A DNA stretch of 64,000 bases from Sedimentisphaerales bacterium (GTDB taxonomy: Bacteria; Planctomycetota; Phycisphaerae; Sedimentisphaerales; SM23-30). Numbering within the stretch: position 1 is the stretch's first letter; every line of letters starts with the position of its first letter. Position numbers and translations under genes: made by a program. The stretch covers positions 352,001 to 416,000 of the forward strand of contig CAXXFK010000028.1 of assembly GCA_963663965.2 (NCBI GenBank), in the 5' to 3' direction. Under the pieces are notes generated by a model, which was not told the DNA's origin, searched no databases, and saw nothing but the letters and a program-made list of their open reading frames with translations. This document shows, piece by piece, positions 10,382-20,213 of the stretch.

Positions 10382-11239
10382 ATGCACGACACTCAGATGC
10401 CTGACTTAAATTTTAAATTGTCTTCCGAACCGACCCAGGCGATTGAACAATTATCCGCGATGATCGCCGCCTACAATGAGGTGACCGACCGCCTCAATCG
10501 TTCGCACGCTCGGCTTCAGGATGAAGTGCGGGGTTTGCGCGAAGAGCTGAAACGCAAAAATGAGATGCTCGAACAAAAGAGCCGGTTGGCCGCCCTGGGT
10601 GAAATGGCCGCCGGGATGGCTCATGAAATTCGCAATCCACTGGGGGCGGTGCAACTTTACGCCTCGATGCTGGAAAAAGAACTCGCCGGTCAGGGTCAGC
10701 GTCAGGATTGGGCGCGAAAAATCGTTCGGACGGTCAGTTCGCTCGATACCATTGTATCGGACATGATGGCGTATACCCAGAATCAGGTCTGTTCCCCGAC
10801 TGAGGTCTCTTTCTGGGGAATCTTGCATGAGATGCTGGATTTATTGCGTCCTCAGTTCCAGGCCAGTGAAATCGAGATCGATTTGCGGAAGGTGGATCGT
10901 AAGCTGACGGTTCATGTTGATATCGGCATGATGAACCGTATCTTGATGAATTTGCTTTTAAATGCGTTTGATGCGATCAATGGCCCGGGACGGATCCAGA
11001 TCGCCGCCAGTCGCCGTCCCGACCGGGATAATCATGTCTGTATCCGGATCAGTGACAGCGGTCCCGGTATTCCCGCGGATGTGATCAGGAAGATATTCGA
11101 TCCGTTTTTCACCACGCGCGATTCCGGCACCGGATTGGGGCTGGCTATTGTTCACCGGCTGGTGGATTGTCATAACGGGATGATTACCGCTGCCAATGCC
11201 GCGGACGGCGGCGCGGAGTTCACTATTTTATTACCTTGA
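10382..11239 (+). CDS. Cytoplasmic histidine kinase (FlgS/FleS-like)
   Basis: H-box AHEIRNPL, N-box NLLLNA, DSGPGI, FDPFFTT, GTGLGL. Start codon approximate. Confidence 0.9.
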   Translation: MHDTQMPDLNFKLSSEPTQAIEQLSAMIAAYNEVTDRLNRSHARLQDEVRGLREELKRKNEMLEQKSRLAALGEMAAGMAHEIRNPLGAVQLYASMLEKELAGQGQRQDWARKIVRTVSSLDTIVSDMMAYTQNQVCSPTEVSFWGILHEMLDLLRPQFQASEIEIDLRKVDRKLTVHVDIGMMNRILMNLLLNAFDAINGPGRIQIAASRRPDRDNHVCIRISDSGPGIPADVIRKIFDPFFTTRDSGTGLGLAIVHRLVDCHNGMITAANAADGGAEFTILLP

Positions 11240-11275
11240 GGTTCTGGCAGAATTTGCTTCAATGAGGATGATTCC

Positions 11276-12652
11276 ATGGCGCATATATTAATTGTGGATG
11301 ATAAGGAAATCATGAGAGATTCGCTCAGTGCGATTCTGATTCAGGCCGGGCACGAGGTCGTCGCCTGCGACGGTGCTCTGAATGCCCTGGCGCAACTGAA
11401 AATGCATCCTTTCGATATTATTGTCAGTGATCTGAAAATGCCCAAAATTGATGGCCTGGGATTCCTGGATGAATTGAAAAAAACTGGAAATGATGCCCCG
11501 GTCATCATGATGACCGCCTTTGCCTCGATCGATACCGCGGTTGAGGCCATACGCAAGGGCGCGGTGGATTATATCCAGAAACCCTTCGAAGCCGATGAAG
11601 TGATTTTACTGATCGAACGCACTCTGGAAAACAGCCGGATCCTGAAAGAAAATGAAGCCTATCGTACCAATGCGCGCGACTGGCAGAAAGGACGGCAGTT
11701 AATCGGAAATAGTCCGGCCATGAAAAAGGTCTGGGATAAAATCCAGCGGGTCGCCCAGACCAGCGCCACGGTCCTGATCCGGGGTGAATCCGGTACGGGC
11801 AAGGAAATGATCGCCCGGGCGATTCACGCGCATAGCCCTCGCGCCAGCAAACCCATGTTGTGCGTCAACTGTGCGGCGTTGTCCAGTTCCCTGCTCGAAA
11901 GCGAACTGTTTGGCCATGAAAAGGGGGCCTTTACCGGGGCGGATCGGATGCGTAAAGGACGGTTCGAACTGGCCGAAGGCGGTACCTTGCTGCTCGATGA
12001 AATCAGTGAGATGGATATGCCGTTGCAATCCAAACTGCTGCGTGTCCTGCAGGAACGCGAATTTGAACGGGTGGGCAGCAGCGTGACGCGTCAGGTGAAT
12101 GTCCGGGTGATTGCCACGACCAACCGGGACCTGGAAGAATGGGTCCGGGAGGGAAAGTTCCGGGAAGATCTCTTTTATCGACTGAATGTGGTGCCGGTTC
12201 TGCTGCCGCCCTTACGCGAGCGGATTCAGGAAGATCTGGAGGCGTTATGTGACTATTTTCTCCGTCGGATTGCCGATCGTGAAGGGACTGAGTTGCGTAT
12301 ATTATCCAAAAAGGCCCTTGAACTGCTGAAAAAATATGACTGGCCTGGCAATGTCCGCGAACTGGAAAATCTCATGGAACGGGTTTCCATTCTGGGGGGG
12401 GAAGAAGTGATTTCAGCCGAAATGATTGCGAATTGGCTCAGTCTGGGAAATTCTGTCAAAGTGGACATGGGGCATGTCGAGCCGGAGGAGCATCCCATTA
12501 AAAGCCTGGCCGAACTGGAAAGGGAATATATCGAAATGACACTGGATCGTATGGAAGGGCACCGGCAGAAAACCGCCGAAGCCCTGGGGATTGGTGTCCG
12601 GACTCTGGGATTGAAATTGAAACGGTGGGAACTCGAAAATGCCTCGGGCTAA
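11276..12652 (+). CDS. Sigma54-dependent response regulator (FlgR/FleR/FlrC-like)
   Basis: REC domain, GESGTGKE, GAFTGA, LLDEISEM, WPGNVREL, Fis-type HTH. Confidence 0.95.
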   Translation: MAHILIVDDKEIMRDSLSAILIQAGHEVVACDGALNALAQLKMHPFDIIVSDLKMPKIDGLGFLDELKKTGNDAPVIMMTAFASIDTAVEAIRKGAVDYIQKPFEADEVILLIERTLENSRILKENEAYRTNARDWQKGRQLIGNSPAMKKVWDKIQRVAQTSATVLIRGESGTGKEMIARAIHAHSPRASKPMLCVNCAALSSSLLESELFGHEKGAFTGADRMRKGRFELAEGGTLLLDEISEMDMPLQSKLLRVLQEREFERVGSSVTRQVNVRVIATTNRDLEEWVREGKFREDLFYRLNVVPVLLPPLRERIQEDLEALCDYFLRRIADREGTELRILSKKALELLKKYDWPGNVRELENLMERVSILGGEEVISAEMIANWLSLGNSVKVDMGHVEPEEHPIKSLAELEREYIEMTLDRMEGHRQKTAEALGIGVRTLGLKLKRWELENASG

Positions 12653-12823
12653 AGAAGCCTTGACCGCCCCAAAAAGAGGCGCAATTTTTGCCGGTAGTGG
12701 CTTAGATGAGGATAAATGGAAACTGAAATCGCTGTGAATAAAATAAAATATAATGATATAACTAATTTAAAAGCAATAGATTACTGTGTTTGTATTGCTT
12801 TTGATTCCTCCGGCAGTAATGCA

Positions 12824-12839
12824 TGGTATAAATATTGCA
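12824..12839 (+). promoter_or_regulatory. Sigma54 -24/-12 promoter of the flgB operon
   Basis: TGGTATAAATATTGCA (GG-N10-GC), 58 nt before flgB, preceded by an AT-rich tract. Confidence 0.75.
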
Positions 12840-12897
12840 TCATTGCCTTGTAGTGGATTGTCTGTATTGGCATCGATTTATTTGATAAGGAAACAGA

Positions 12898-13335
12898 ATG
12901 TTATTTGAGAACCTGGTAAATCGTGGCGTTTCGCCGGTGCTGGAGCGCGTAATGAGCTTCACCCAGGCTCGTCATGAAGTCCTGGTGGACAACATCAGTA
13001 ACTTCGATACCGTAGGTTACAAGATGAAAAATCTGCCTCAGGATGAATTCAATCGCCAGTTGAATCAGGCTATCGAAAAACGTTCCCGCCGGGGTGCCGG
13101 CGCCGCGCTCGACTTGGAGGCAACCCGAAATATCAGGTGGGATGCCCGGTATCGCGTCAAGGCCAGTCCGGTTGAAATCGAAGAGAACAATATCCTGTTT
13201 CAGGATGAAAATAATCGTTCTGTCGAAAAACAGATGAGCCAGATGGCCAGTAACGCCTTGCTGCATAATATGTCGGCCGAACTGCTCAAACAACAGTACG
13301 GCCTGTTGTCTTTGGCGATTAAAGGCAAATTATAG
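12898..13335 (+). CDS. flgB: Flagellar basal body rod protein FlgB
   Basis: RHEVLVDNISNFDTVGYK; NNRSVEKQM. Confidence 0.9.
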   Translation: MLFENLVNRGVSPVLERVMSFTQARHEVLVDNISNFDTVGYKMKNLPQDEFNRQLNQAIEKRSRRGAGAALDLEATRNIRWDARYRVKASPVEIEENNILFQDENNRSVEKQMSQMASNALLHNMSAELLKQQYGLLSLAIKGKL

Positions 13336-13362
13336 CCTGAAGCAATGAAAGTGATTGTATAA

Positions 13363-13761
13363 ATGTTTAATGCGATAGACATCTCGACAACCGGCCTGGT
13401 CGCACAGCGGATTCGTATGAATACCGTGGCAATGAATATGGCCAATATCGACACGGTGGACAGCCCCGAAGGGGGGCCCTACCAGCGTCGGAGTGTCATT
13501 TTCGAATCGGGCATGAATGACCGGGATCGTTCCGGCCAGGGCGTCCATGTCAAAGAGATTGACAAGGAAGCCGTGTATCGCTGGCAATATGATCCTTCCC
13601 ATCCCTATGCCGACCAGCGGGGCTATGTCAAAATGCCCGGAATCGATCCCATCACCGAAATGGTCAATATGATGGAAGCGCAACGCGCCTATGAAGCCAA
13701 TTTGACGGCGGTTGAAGTCAGTAAAAATATGTTGAACAGTTCCCTGAGGATTCTTGGCTGA
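13363..13761 (+). CDS. flgC: Flagellar basal body rod protein FlgC
   Basis: GLVAQRIRMNTVAMNMAN, YDPSHPYAD..GYV, EMVNMMEAQRAYEAN. Confidence 0.95.
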   Translation: MFNAIDISTTGLVAQRIRMNTVAMNMANIDTVDSPEGGPYQRRSVIFESGMNDRDRSGQGVHVKEIDKEAVYRWQYDPSHPYADQRGYVKMPGIDPITEMVNMMEAQRAYEANLTAVEVSKNMLNSSLRILG

Positions 13762-13773
13762 GGAAATTAAACG

Positions 13774-14088
13774 ATGGTAGATCGTTTCAATCAAATTAAC
13801 ACGCAACGGTTGCTGGATCTTCAGCAGCAGACCAGCCGAACCAGCCAGCCGGGCAAAACCGCCGAAGGCGACGATTTCAAAACCCTGCTCATGAAGAGTA
13901 TCAATGAAGTCAACCGCATGCAGGATGAGGCCGAACAGGCGACGACCGATCTGGTTACTGGCAAGAATGACAATGTGGATGAAGTGTTTACGGCAGTCCG
14001 TAAGGCTGAACTGGCGTTCCAGACGCTCATGCAGATCCGCAATAAGTTGATGGACGCCTACGAAGAAATCAAACAGATGAGAGTATGA
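13774..14088 (+). CDS. fliE: Hook-basal body protein FliE
   Basis: KAELAFQTLMQIRNKLMDAYEEIKQMRV. Confidence 0.95.
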   Translation: MVDRFNQINTQRLLDLQQQTSRTSQPGKTAEGDDFKTLLMKSINEVNRMQDEAEQATTDLVTGKNDNVDEVFTAVRKAELAFQTLMQIRNKLMDAYEEIKQMRV

Positions 14089-14150
14089 TTCGTTTGGGGG
14101 ATTCGCTGGAAGCGTACCAAATGCCCTTTAATGAATGGAGCCAATAGGAA

Positions 14151-15866
14151 ATGGATTTCCTGAAACGCGCAATTGAACAAATTAAAGCCCAGCTGAAAAA
14201 TCTGACGCTCAGTCAGAAAATGGTGCTGGCCTTGCTGATGGTTATTATGGCCATGGCCATCTTCTGGATGACCCAGTATTCATCCCGTCAGGAGATGGTC
14301 CCGCTGGTCAATCAACAATTGAGCGCCGAAGAACGTACCCGTATCGTCAATCGGCTTAATCAGCTCAATAAAGAATTTGTGGAAGAAGAAGGATTAATTA
14401 AGGTCGCGTTAACCGAACACCGTGATATCCTTGGATTCCTGGCTTCTGAAGAATTGCTGCCCGCGGACACCTCGGTCGGTTTCAATTTGCTTTTGGAAGA
14501 TGTCGATGTCTTTACCCCCGAATACGTCCACAACCAGAAGAAGGTCATCGCCCTCCAGATGGAACTGGCTTCCACGATTCAACATTTCCCCGGGGTTGCC
14601 AAAGCCAAAGTGTTTATTAATGAAGGTAACAAACGCCGCCTGAATAACATCCGGCCGATTGCGTCCGCCTCGGTTTCGGTTGAAACCAAATCCAATCATC
14701 GCCAGTCCATTAATCAAATGGCGGCTTCCATCGCGACGCTGGTCAGCGGCGCTGTCAACCAGATGCAGCGTGAAAACGTGACGGTCGTTATTAATGGCAA
14801 CCATATCCCCATTGCACCCGAGGGTGAGGAATTGACCTCGGAATATATCGAAAATCTGGTCTCCTCGGAAAAACGCTATCGCGAAAAAATCCTGGATATC
14901 CTGGCTATCGACAACGCGCTAGTTCAGGTTGACCTGATCGTGACCCGCTCTAAAACCGAAACAAAGACCACCCGCTATCTCGAAGAGGGAGACGGTACGA
15001 TTACCTTGATAAACAATAAAACCACCCGTGAAGACTCTTCTCAGAATAGCCAGGCCAATAATGAACCGGGAATTGTGGCTAATAATTCGGAACCCGCCGC
15101 CTCGCCGCCCGGTACGTCCAATTCCGAGACCTCCGAAGAATCCACGCTCGAAAATGAAAATTATGCCGGCCGTAAGGATGAATTCATTTTTACCCCTCAC
15201 GGTGAAATTCCCAAGAAAGATCGCACGGCATCCATTAGCATTCCCTGGGATTATTTTGAAGGGATCGCCGCGATCAAGCTCAGCAAGCCTCAGGGCCAAA
15301 AACCCACCTTCGATGAAGTCGAAGGGATAATGACCGCCGAGATCGCCAACCTGAAAAGTCGGATCCTGCCGGTTTTGGGGCTGAAAGAAACGGAATACCC
15401 GGATAATGTGGTGGTGGACTATTACTGGCCGGATGGCTTGTTGTCTGCCAATCTGGCGGGCCCGGCCGGAATGGCTGGTGGCCCCGGTTCCGCCGCACAA
15501 GCCGAAGCGGCCATGAGCGTTACCGGTCTGTTCGCCCGCTACGGCAAAGAGATCGGTGTCTCGGCGCTGGCCCTTATCTCGCTCTTTATGGCCCTGATGA
15601 TGGTTCGCAGAGCCTCCGGTCCGGTTGAAGTGACCCTGGAAGAAAAAGAAGAATTGCTTCAGGGTGAAGCGCCGCCTGATGCCCTCAGTGTCGAAGATGG
15701 TAATATCTATGATGAAGGCGAAGATGGCGGCCTGCTGAGTGGTTTCGAACTGGGCGAAGATGCCATTCGGTCTCAGCGAATACTCGAACAGATACGCACG
15801 CTGGTTACTGAACAGCCGGAAATGGCCGCCAAATTGCTCACCAAATGGATTGTCAAGGATGATTGA
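14151..15866 (+). CDS. fliF: MS-ring protein FliF
   Basis: Two TM helices, ELASTIQHFPGVAKAKV, ASASV, C-terminal EQPEMAAKLLTKW; lies between fliE and fliG. Confidence 0.88.
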   Translation: MDFLKRAIEQIKAQLKNLTLSQKMVLALLMVIMAMAIFWMTQYSSRQEMVPLVNQQLSAEERTRIVNRLNQLNKEFVEEEGLIKVALTEHRDILGFLASEELLPADTSVGFNLLLEDVDVFTPEYVHNQKKVIALQMELASTIQHFPGVAKAKVFINEGNKRRLNNIRPIASASVSVETKSNHRQSINQMAASIATLVSGAVNQMQRENVTVVINGNHIPIAPEGEELTSEYIENLVSSEKRYREKILDILAIDNALVQVDLIVTRSKTETKTTRYLEEGDGTITLINNKTTREDSSQNSQANNEPGIVANNSEPAASPPGTSNSETSEESTLENENYAGRKDEFIFTPHGEIPKKDRTASISIPWDYFEGIAAIKLSKPQGQKPTFDEVEGIMTAEIANLKSRILPVLGLKETEYPDNVVVDYYWPDGLLSANLAGPAGMAGGPGSAAQAEAAMSVTGLFARYGKEIGVSALALISLFMALMMVRRASGPVEVTLEEKEELLQGEAPPDALSVEDGNIYDEGEDGGLLSGFELGEDAIRSQRILEQIRTLVTEQPEMAAKLLTKWIVKDD

Positions 15867-15890
15867 TCTTGTTTAATCAGGAATTCAAAT

Positions 15891-16913
15891 ATGCCGGTAA
15901 GTGAAAGCTATAAAATTAACAGAGGATTACGAAAAGCCGCGATTGTGCTGCTTTCCGTCGGTCAGGATGTGGGTTCGTCGATTATTCCCTACCTCAATCG
16001 GGATCATATCGAAGATGTCTCCAAAGTGCTCGCCGAAATCGAAGGCGTGAACGCTGATGAGCAGATGTCTGTGCTGGAAGAATTTTACAATCTGGCGCTG
16101 GCGCAGAGTTATATCGAACAGGGTGGCCTGACGTATGCCCAGGCCTTGCTGCAGAAGAGCCTCAAACCCGAAGAAGCCGAAGAAATTATCAAGCAGGTTA
16201 CCCAGTCGATCCAGCGCACGCCCTTCCAGTTCCTGCTCAAAACCGACGCCGAAAACGTGCTGACCTTTATTCAGGATGAGCATCCGCAGACCATCGCCCT
16301 GATTCTGTCCCATTTACAGCCCGAAAAATCCGCTGAAATTATCTCCGGCCTGAACCAACAGAAACAGGTTGAGGTTATCAAACGGATTTCGGCCATGGAT
16401 CAGACCAATCCTGAGGTTATCCGGGAAGTGGAACGGGGGTTGGAACATCGGCTAAGTGAAATCGTCTCCCAGACTTTCGAAAAAGCCGGGGGCGTCGAAG
16501 CGGCCGCCGAAATGCTCAACCTGTCCGACCGGTCCACCGAAAAGAGTATCCTCGAAGCGCTCGAAACCGAAGATCCCGACCTGGTCGAACAGATTCGTCG
16601 GCTCATGTTCGTCTTCGAAGATATCCTCCTGGTCAACGACAAAGGGATTCAGGCTGTCCTCAAGGAAGTCGACAACGACGAACTGGCCCTCGCGCTCAAG
16701 ACGGCCAGCGAAGATCTCAAGAACAAGATCTTCCGCAATATGTCCGAACGGGCCGCCGAATTGATCAAGGAAGATATGGAATACATGGGGCCGGTACGCC
16801 TTAGCGATGTCGAAGTCGCCCAGCAGAAGATCGTCGATGTGGTCAGGCGCCTGGAAGACGCCGGCGAATTGATTATCGCCGGCCGGGGCGGCGATTCCGA
16901 GATGGTAGTTTGA
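15891..16913 (+). CDS. fliG: Motor switch protein FliG
   Basis: KAAIVLL, EHPQTIALILSHL, MFVFED, NMSERAA, GPVRLSDVE. Confidence 0.97.
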   Translation: MPVSESYKINRGLRKAAIVLLSVGQDVGSSIIPYLNRDHIEDVSKVLAEIEGVNADEQMSVLEEFYNLALAQSYIEQGGLTYAQALLQKSLKPEEAEEIIKQVTQSIQRTPFQFLLKTDAENVLTFIQDEHPQTIALILSHLQPEKSAEIISGLNQQKQVEVIKRISAMDQTNPEVIREVERGLEHRLSEIVSQTFEKAGGVEAAAEMLNLSDRSTEKSILEALETEDPDLVEQIRRLMFVFEDILLVNDKGIQAVLKEVDNDELALALKTASEDLKNKIFRNMSERAAELIKEDMEYMGPVRLSDVEVAQQKIVDVVRRLEDAGELIIAGRGGDSEMVV

Positions 16914-16937
16914 TAACCTGATAGGATTTCTGATAGT

Positions 16938-17693
16938 ATGTCCGTTGTAAAAGCCAGACAATTTAATGAAAGCCGCGATAAGAAAGAGGTTTTTAACCTC
17001 AAGGATGTCGCCATTGAAGCGCGTGAAATGATCCGGGCCGCTCAGGAAGAGAGCGAGCGGATTGTGCGTGAAGCCAAAGAGACCATGGCGCGCGAAACGA
17101 AGGAACTGAAAGAGCGCACGCAAAAAGAGGCGTATGAAAAAGGCTATCAGGATGGCATGACCAGGGGATTGGAAGATGGCGCTAAAAAAGGATACGAAGA
17201 CGCCAGCGCCCAGACGCTTAAGGAAAGCCGGGAAGCCTTTGCCCAGGCTGGCGAAAAAACCCTGACCGCCCTGAAACAAACCCTCACGGAATTCGATCAG
17301 ATTAAACAGCAACTCATCTGGCAGGCGGAACAGGCCATGGTGGTGCTCGCCTTGAATATCGCCGAAAAAGTCATCGGCAAAACCATTGCCCATGATCCTG
17401 AAGTTGCCGTACGCAATCTTAAACAGGCCATGGAACTGGTGTCCCGGACTTCCGATGTGGTCATTCATCTTAATCCCACCGATATCGCGCACCTGCGCCA
17501 CATGAAGGAGTTGGGGGATGATATCCTCGGGGCTTTTGAACGGATTCGCCTGCAGATCGATGAAACCGTGGAACAGGGGGGATGTTTGATACGTACCCTG
17601 GATGGTGAAATTGACGCCGGTATCGAAACCCAGATTACCCGCATTGCGGATGAATTGATCATGACTCCAGACAAACTGAAGGATGAAGAATAA
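16938..17693 (+). CDS. fliH: Flagellar assembly protein FliH
   Basis: AxxxG(xxxG)n repeats; GGCLIRT..GEIDA. Confidence 0.9.
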   Translation: MSVVKARQFNESRDKKEVFNLKDVAIEAREMIRAAQEESERIVREAKETMARETKELKERTQKEAYEKGYQDGMTRGLEDGAKKGYEDASAQTLKESREAFAQAGEKTLTALKQTLTEFDQIKQQLIWQAEQAMVVLALNIAEKVIGKTIAHDPEVAVRNLKQAMELVSRTSDVVIHLNPTDIAHLRHMKELGDDILGAFERIRLQIDETVEQGGCLIRTLDGEIDAGIETQITRIADELIMTPDKLKDEE

Positions 17694-17699
17694 CGGTTA

Positions 17700-19064
17700 A
17701 TGATGCCAACTGCAACATCGACAAATTGGTCCCAGCGAATCGCCTCCGTGCGGCATACCCTCACCCAGCGCCTCAGTGGCAGGGTTCGCTCGCTGACCGG
17801 GCTGACCGTCGAAGTGGCCCATTTTCCGGCGCCGGTTGGCGGCCGCTGCACCATCACCACCCGCAACCGGGGGCCGATCAAAGCCGAAGTCATTGGTTTT
17901 CGGGGGGATGTTTCGTTATTGATGCCGCTGGGGGAAATGCATGGGATCGCCGCCGGGGATCTGGTCGTTTGCGATCGGAGTCAGACCACCATTCCCGTCA
18001 GCGAACATATGCTGGGTCGGGTGATCAACGCCGATGGATTCCCCATGGATGGCGAAGGGCCGTTGATGTGTCAGGTCCGTCGTCCGGTGGATGCCGAACC
18101 GCTGCGTCCGCTGGAACGGGCCCGTATCGATCAGCCGATCGGGACCGGCGTGCGGGCCATTGATACCATGATGGCCTGCGGTTGTGGCCAGCGAATGGGC
18201 ATTTTCAGTGGTCCCGGTGTGGGCAAAAGTGTCCTGCTCGGAATGATCGCGCGCTATACCTCTGCCGATGTGAATGTCATCGCCATGGTGGGCGAGCGCG
18301 GCCGGGAAGTCCGTGAATTTATCGAACGGGATCTGGGACATGAAGGGCTGGCCCGTTCCGTCGTCGTGGTCAGCACCTCGGATGAATCCGCCCCCATGCG
18401 GGTTCGTGCCGGTTTTGTCGCCTGCACCATTGCCGAATATTTCCGTGACCGGGGCGCCAATGTCCTGATGCTCATGGATTCCGTGACTCGTATCGCCATG
18501 GCGCAGCGTCAAATCGGGCTGGCCGTGGGCGAACCGCCCGCCACCAAGGGCTATACCCCCAGTGTCTTTGCCATTCTGCCCCGCCTGCTCGAACGGTGCG
18601 GTCGCGGACTCAACGGCAGCATTACCGGATTTTTCACCGTGCTGGTCGAGGGCGATGACCTCACTGAACCGGTTTCCGATGCCATGCGGGGTATTCTTGA
18701 CGGCCATCTCTGGCTGTCCCGTGACCTGGCCAATCGCGGCCATTATCCCGCCATTGATATCCTCGAGAGCATCAGCCGGGTTATGCCCGATATTACGTCC
18801 CTCAAACACCAGCAGGCCGCGCGCGCCATTACCCGCCTGACCGCCGTCTATCGCGATATTGAAGACCTGGTCAATATCGGGGCTTACGCCACCGGCGCCA
18901 ATCCCGAATACGATATGGCCGTCAAAATGCGAACCCCGATTGTCAACTTTCTGCAACAGGGCATCAAAGATCGCGTTTCCCAGCCCGAAGCGGTGGATCA
19001 ATTGCTCGATCTGGTTAAAAGCATGCAAAAGGATAATAAAAAAACGCAAACCGCCGCCCGTTAG
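17700..19064 (+). CDS. fliI: Flagellar export ATPase FliI
   Basis: GPGVGKS, GERGREVREF, MDSVTR, GEPPATKGYTPSV, YPAID. Confidence 0.96.
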   Translation: MMPTATSTNWSQRIASVRHTLTQRLSGRVRSLTGLTVEVAHFPAPVGGRCTITTRNRGPIKAEVIGFRGDVSLLMPLGEMHGIAAGDLVVCDRSQTTIPVSEHMLGRVINADGFPMDGEGPLMCQVRRPVDAEPLRPLERARIDQPIGTGVRAIDTMMACGCGQRMGIFSGPGVGKSVLLGMIARYTSADVNVIAMVGERGREVREFIERDLGHEGLARSVVVVSTSDESAPMRVRAGFVACTIAEYFRDRGANVLMLMDSVTRIAMAQRQIGLAVGEPPATKGYTPSVFAILPRLLERCGRGLNGSITGFFTVLVEGDDLTEPVSDAMRGILDGHLWLSRDLANRGHYPAIDILESISRVMPDITSLKHQQAARAITRLTAVYRDIEDLVNIGAYATGANPEYDMAVKMRTPIVNFLQQGIKDRVSQPEAVDQLLDLVKSMQKDNKKTQTAAR

Positions 19065-19088
19065 CCGGTTTGCCATGAAAGATAGAAC

Positions 19089-19556
19089 ATGAAAAAGTTT
19101 GATTTTCGATTACAACCTGTGCTGGACCTGAGAAAAATCGAGGAAGAGCAGAAAAAACGCAATGTGGGCGTGCTCCAAACTCAGATTAACGCCTGCCAGC
19201 AGGAAGCGATCGAATTTTCCGACCAGATCAAACTGCAAGGCTTGATGCTCAAGGAGGATATGATCAAGGGCGATATTGATCGGCGCCAGATCGCCTATTA
19301 TCAAGGGTATGTGACGGCCATGCGTAAACGGATCGCTGAACGCATCGAACGGGTGCGGGAAATTCAAAAGGATTTGATCGTGGCGCGTGAGGAATATACC
19401 CGCGCCGCGCGACGGACCAAAGTCATGGAAAAATTGAAAGAGCGGCGCAAAGAACGCTACGATTCCGAACTGAAACGGATTGAAATCCGTCAGAACGATG
19501 AAATGGGACAGAACCTGTTTCTGCGTAACCGCAACAGGGATCTGACCGAAGGTTGA
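19089..19556 (+). CDS. fliJ: Flagellar export protein FliJ
   Basis: MKKFDFRLQPVLDLR…EKLKERR…DEMG. Confidence 0.9.
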   Translation: MKKFDFRLQPVLDLRKIEEEQKKRNVGVLQTQINACQQEAIEFSDQIKLQGLMLKEDMIKGDIDRRQIAYYQGYVTAMRKRIAERIERVREIQKDLIVAREEYTRAARRTKVMEKLKERRKERYDSELKRIEIRQNDEMGQNLFLRNRNRDLTEG

Positions 19557-19563
19557 TTGATTC

Positions 19564-20205
19564 ATGAAAAAAATATTGTTCGCCATCTTGTTTGTTTTTC
19601 TCCTGCTCAACCTGGTTGGCATGATTGCCATCTTGAGCTATGGGCTGGCCACCGGCCGGTTCGACCGGGAAAAAGTTGAACAATATTCCGCGACCTGGCG
19701 TGGCGAAAAACTGGTCCCCTTTGTCGAAGATGTTCAAGCGGAAGAAAAACAGGACCAACCCCGGGATTCGCAGGCGCGCATCGAACAGACCCAGATCCAG
19801 CGCGAAATTGTTGACCGGGAATTACAAAAACAAATTGAACTGCTGCGGAGCATGCAGGTAACGATCGCGGAGGCGAGAGCAAAGCTGGATTCCGAGCTGA
19901 AGGCTTTGCAGGGACGTCAGCAGGAGTTTGACACCAAGCTGGCGGCCCATAATAAGGCGACGGGTAATGAGGGATTTCAAAAGGCGCTGAAAAGTTATTC
20001 TGCCATGAAACCCAAATCCGTTAAAGATGATCTGATGGCAATGACCGATGAAGAGGCGATCCGTTACCTGGCCGCTATGAAATCGACCGTTGCGACGGAT
20101 GTTCTCGACCAGTTCCGTACACCCCAGGAACTGGAAAAACGCCTGCGTCTTATGCAAATGCCTCAACGATTACAACAAAATCGAACTGACTTCGACAGCA
20201 GGTAG
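19564..20205 (+). CDS. MotE/FlbB-like membrane-anchored coiled-coil protein
   Basis: N-terminal TM, coiled coil, YSAMKPK…LAAMKS; lies between fliJ and fliK. Confidence 0.65.
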   Translation: MKKILFAILFVFLLLNLVGMIAILSYGLATGRFDREKVEQYSATWRGEKLVPFVEDVQAEEKQDQPRDSQARIEQTQIQREIVDRELQKQIELLRSMQVTIAEARAKLDSELKALQGRQQEFDTKLAAHNKATGNEGFQKALKSYSAMKPKSVKDDLMAMTDEEAIRYLAAMKSTVATDVLDQFRTPQELEKRLRLMQMPQRLQQNRTDFDSR

Positions 20206-20213
20206 GGTGAACT

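Noticed and set aside
11245..11258. Sigma54 promoter TGGCAGAATTTGCT before the response regulator
   Set aside because: GG-to-GC spacing is 8 nt, not the required 10.
16452..19076. Long minus-strand ORFs (349 and 386 aa)
   Set aside because: Antisense shadows of fliG, fliH and fliI caused by codon bias.
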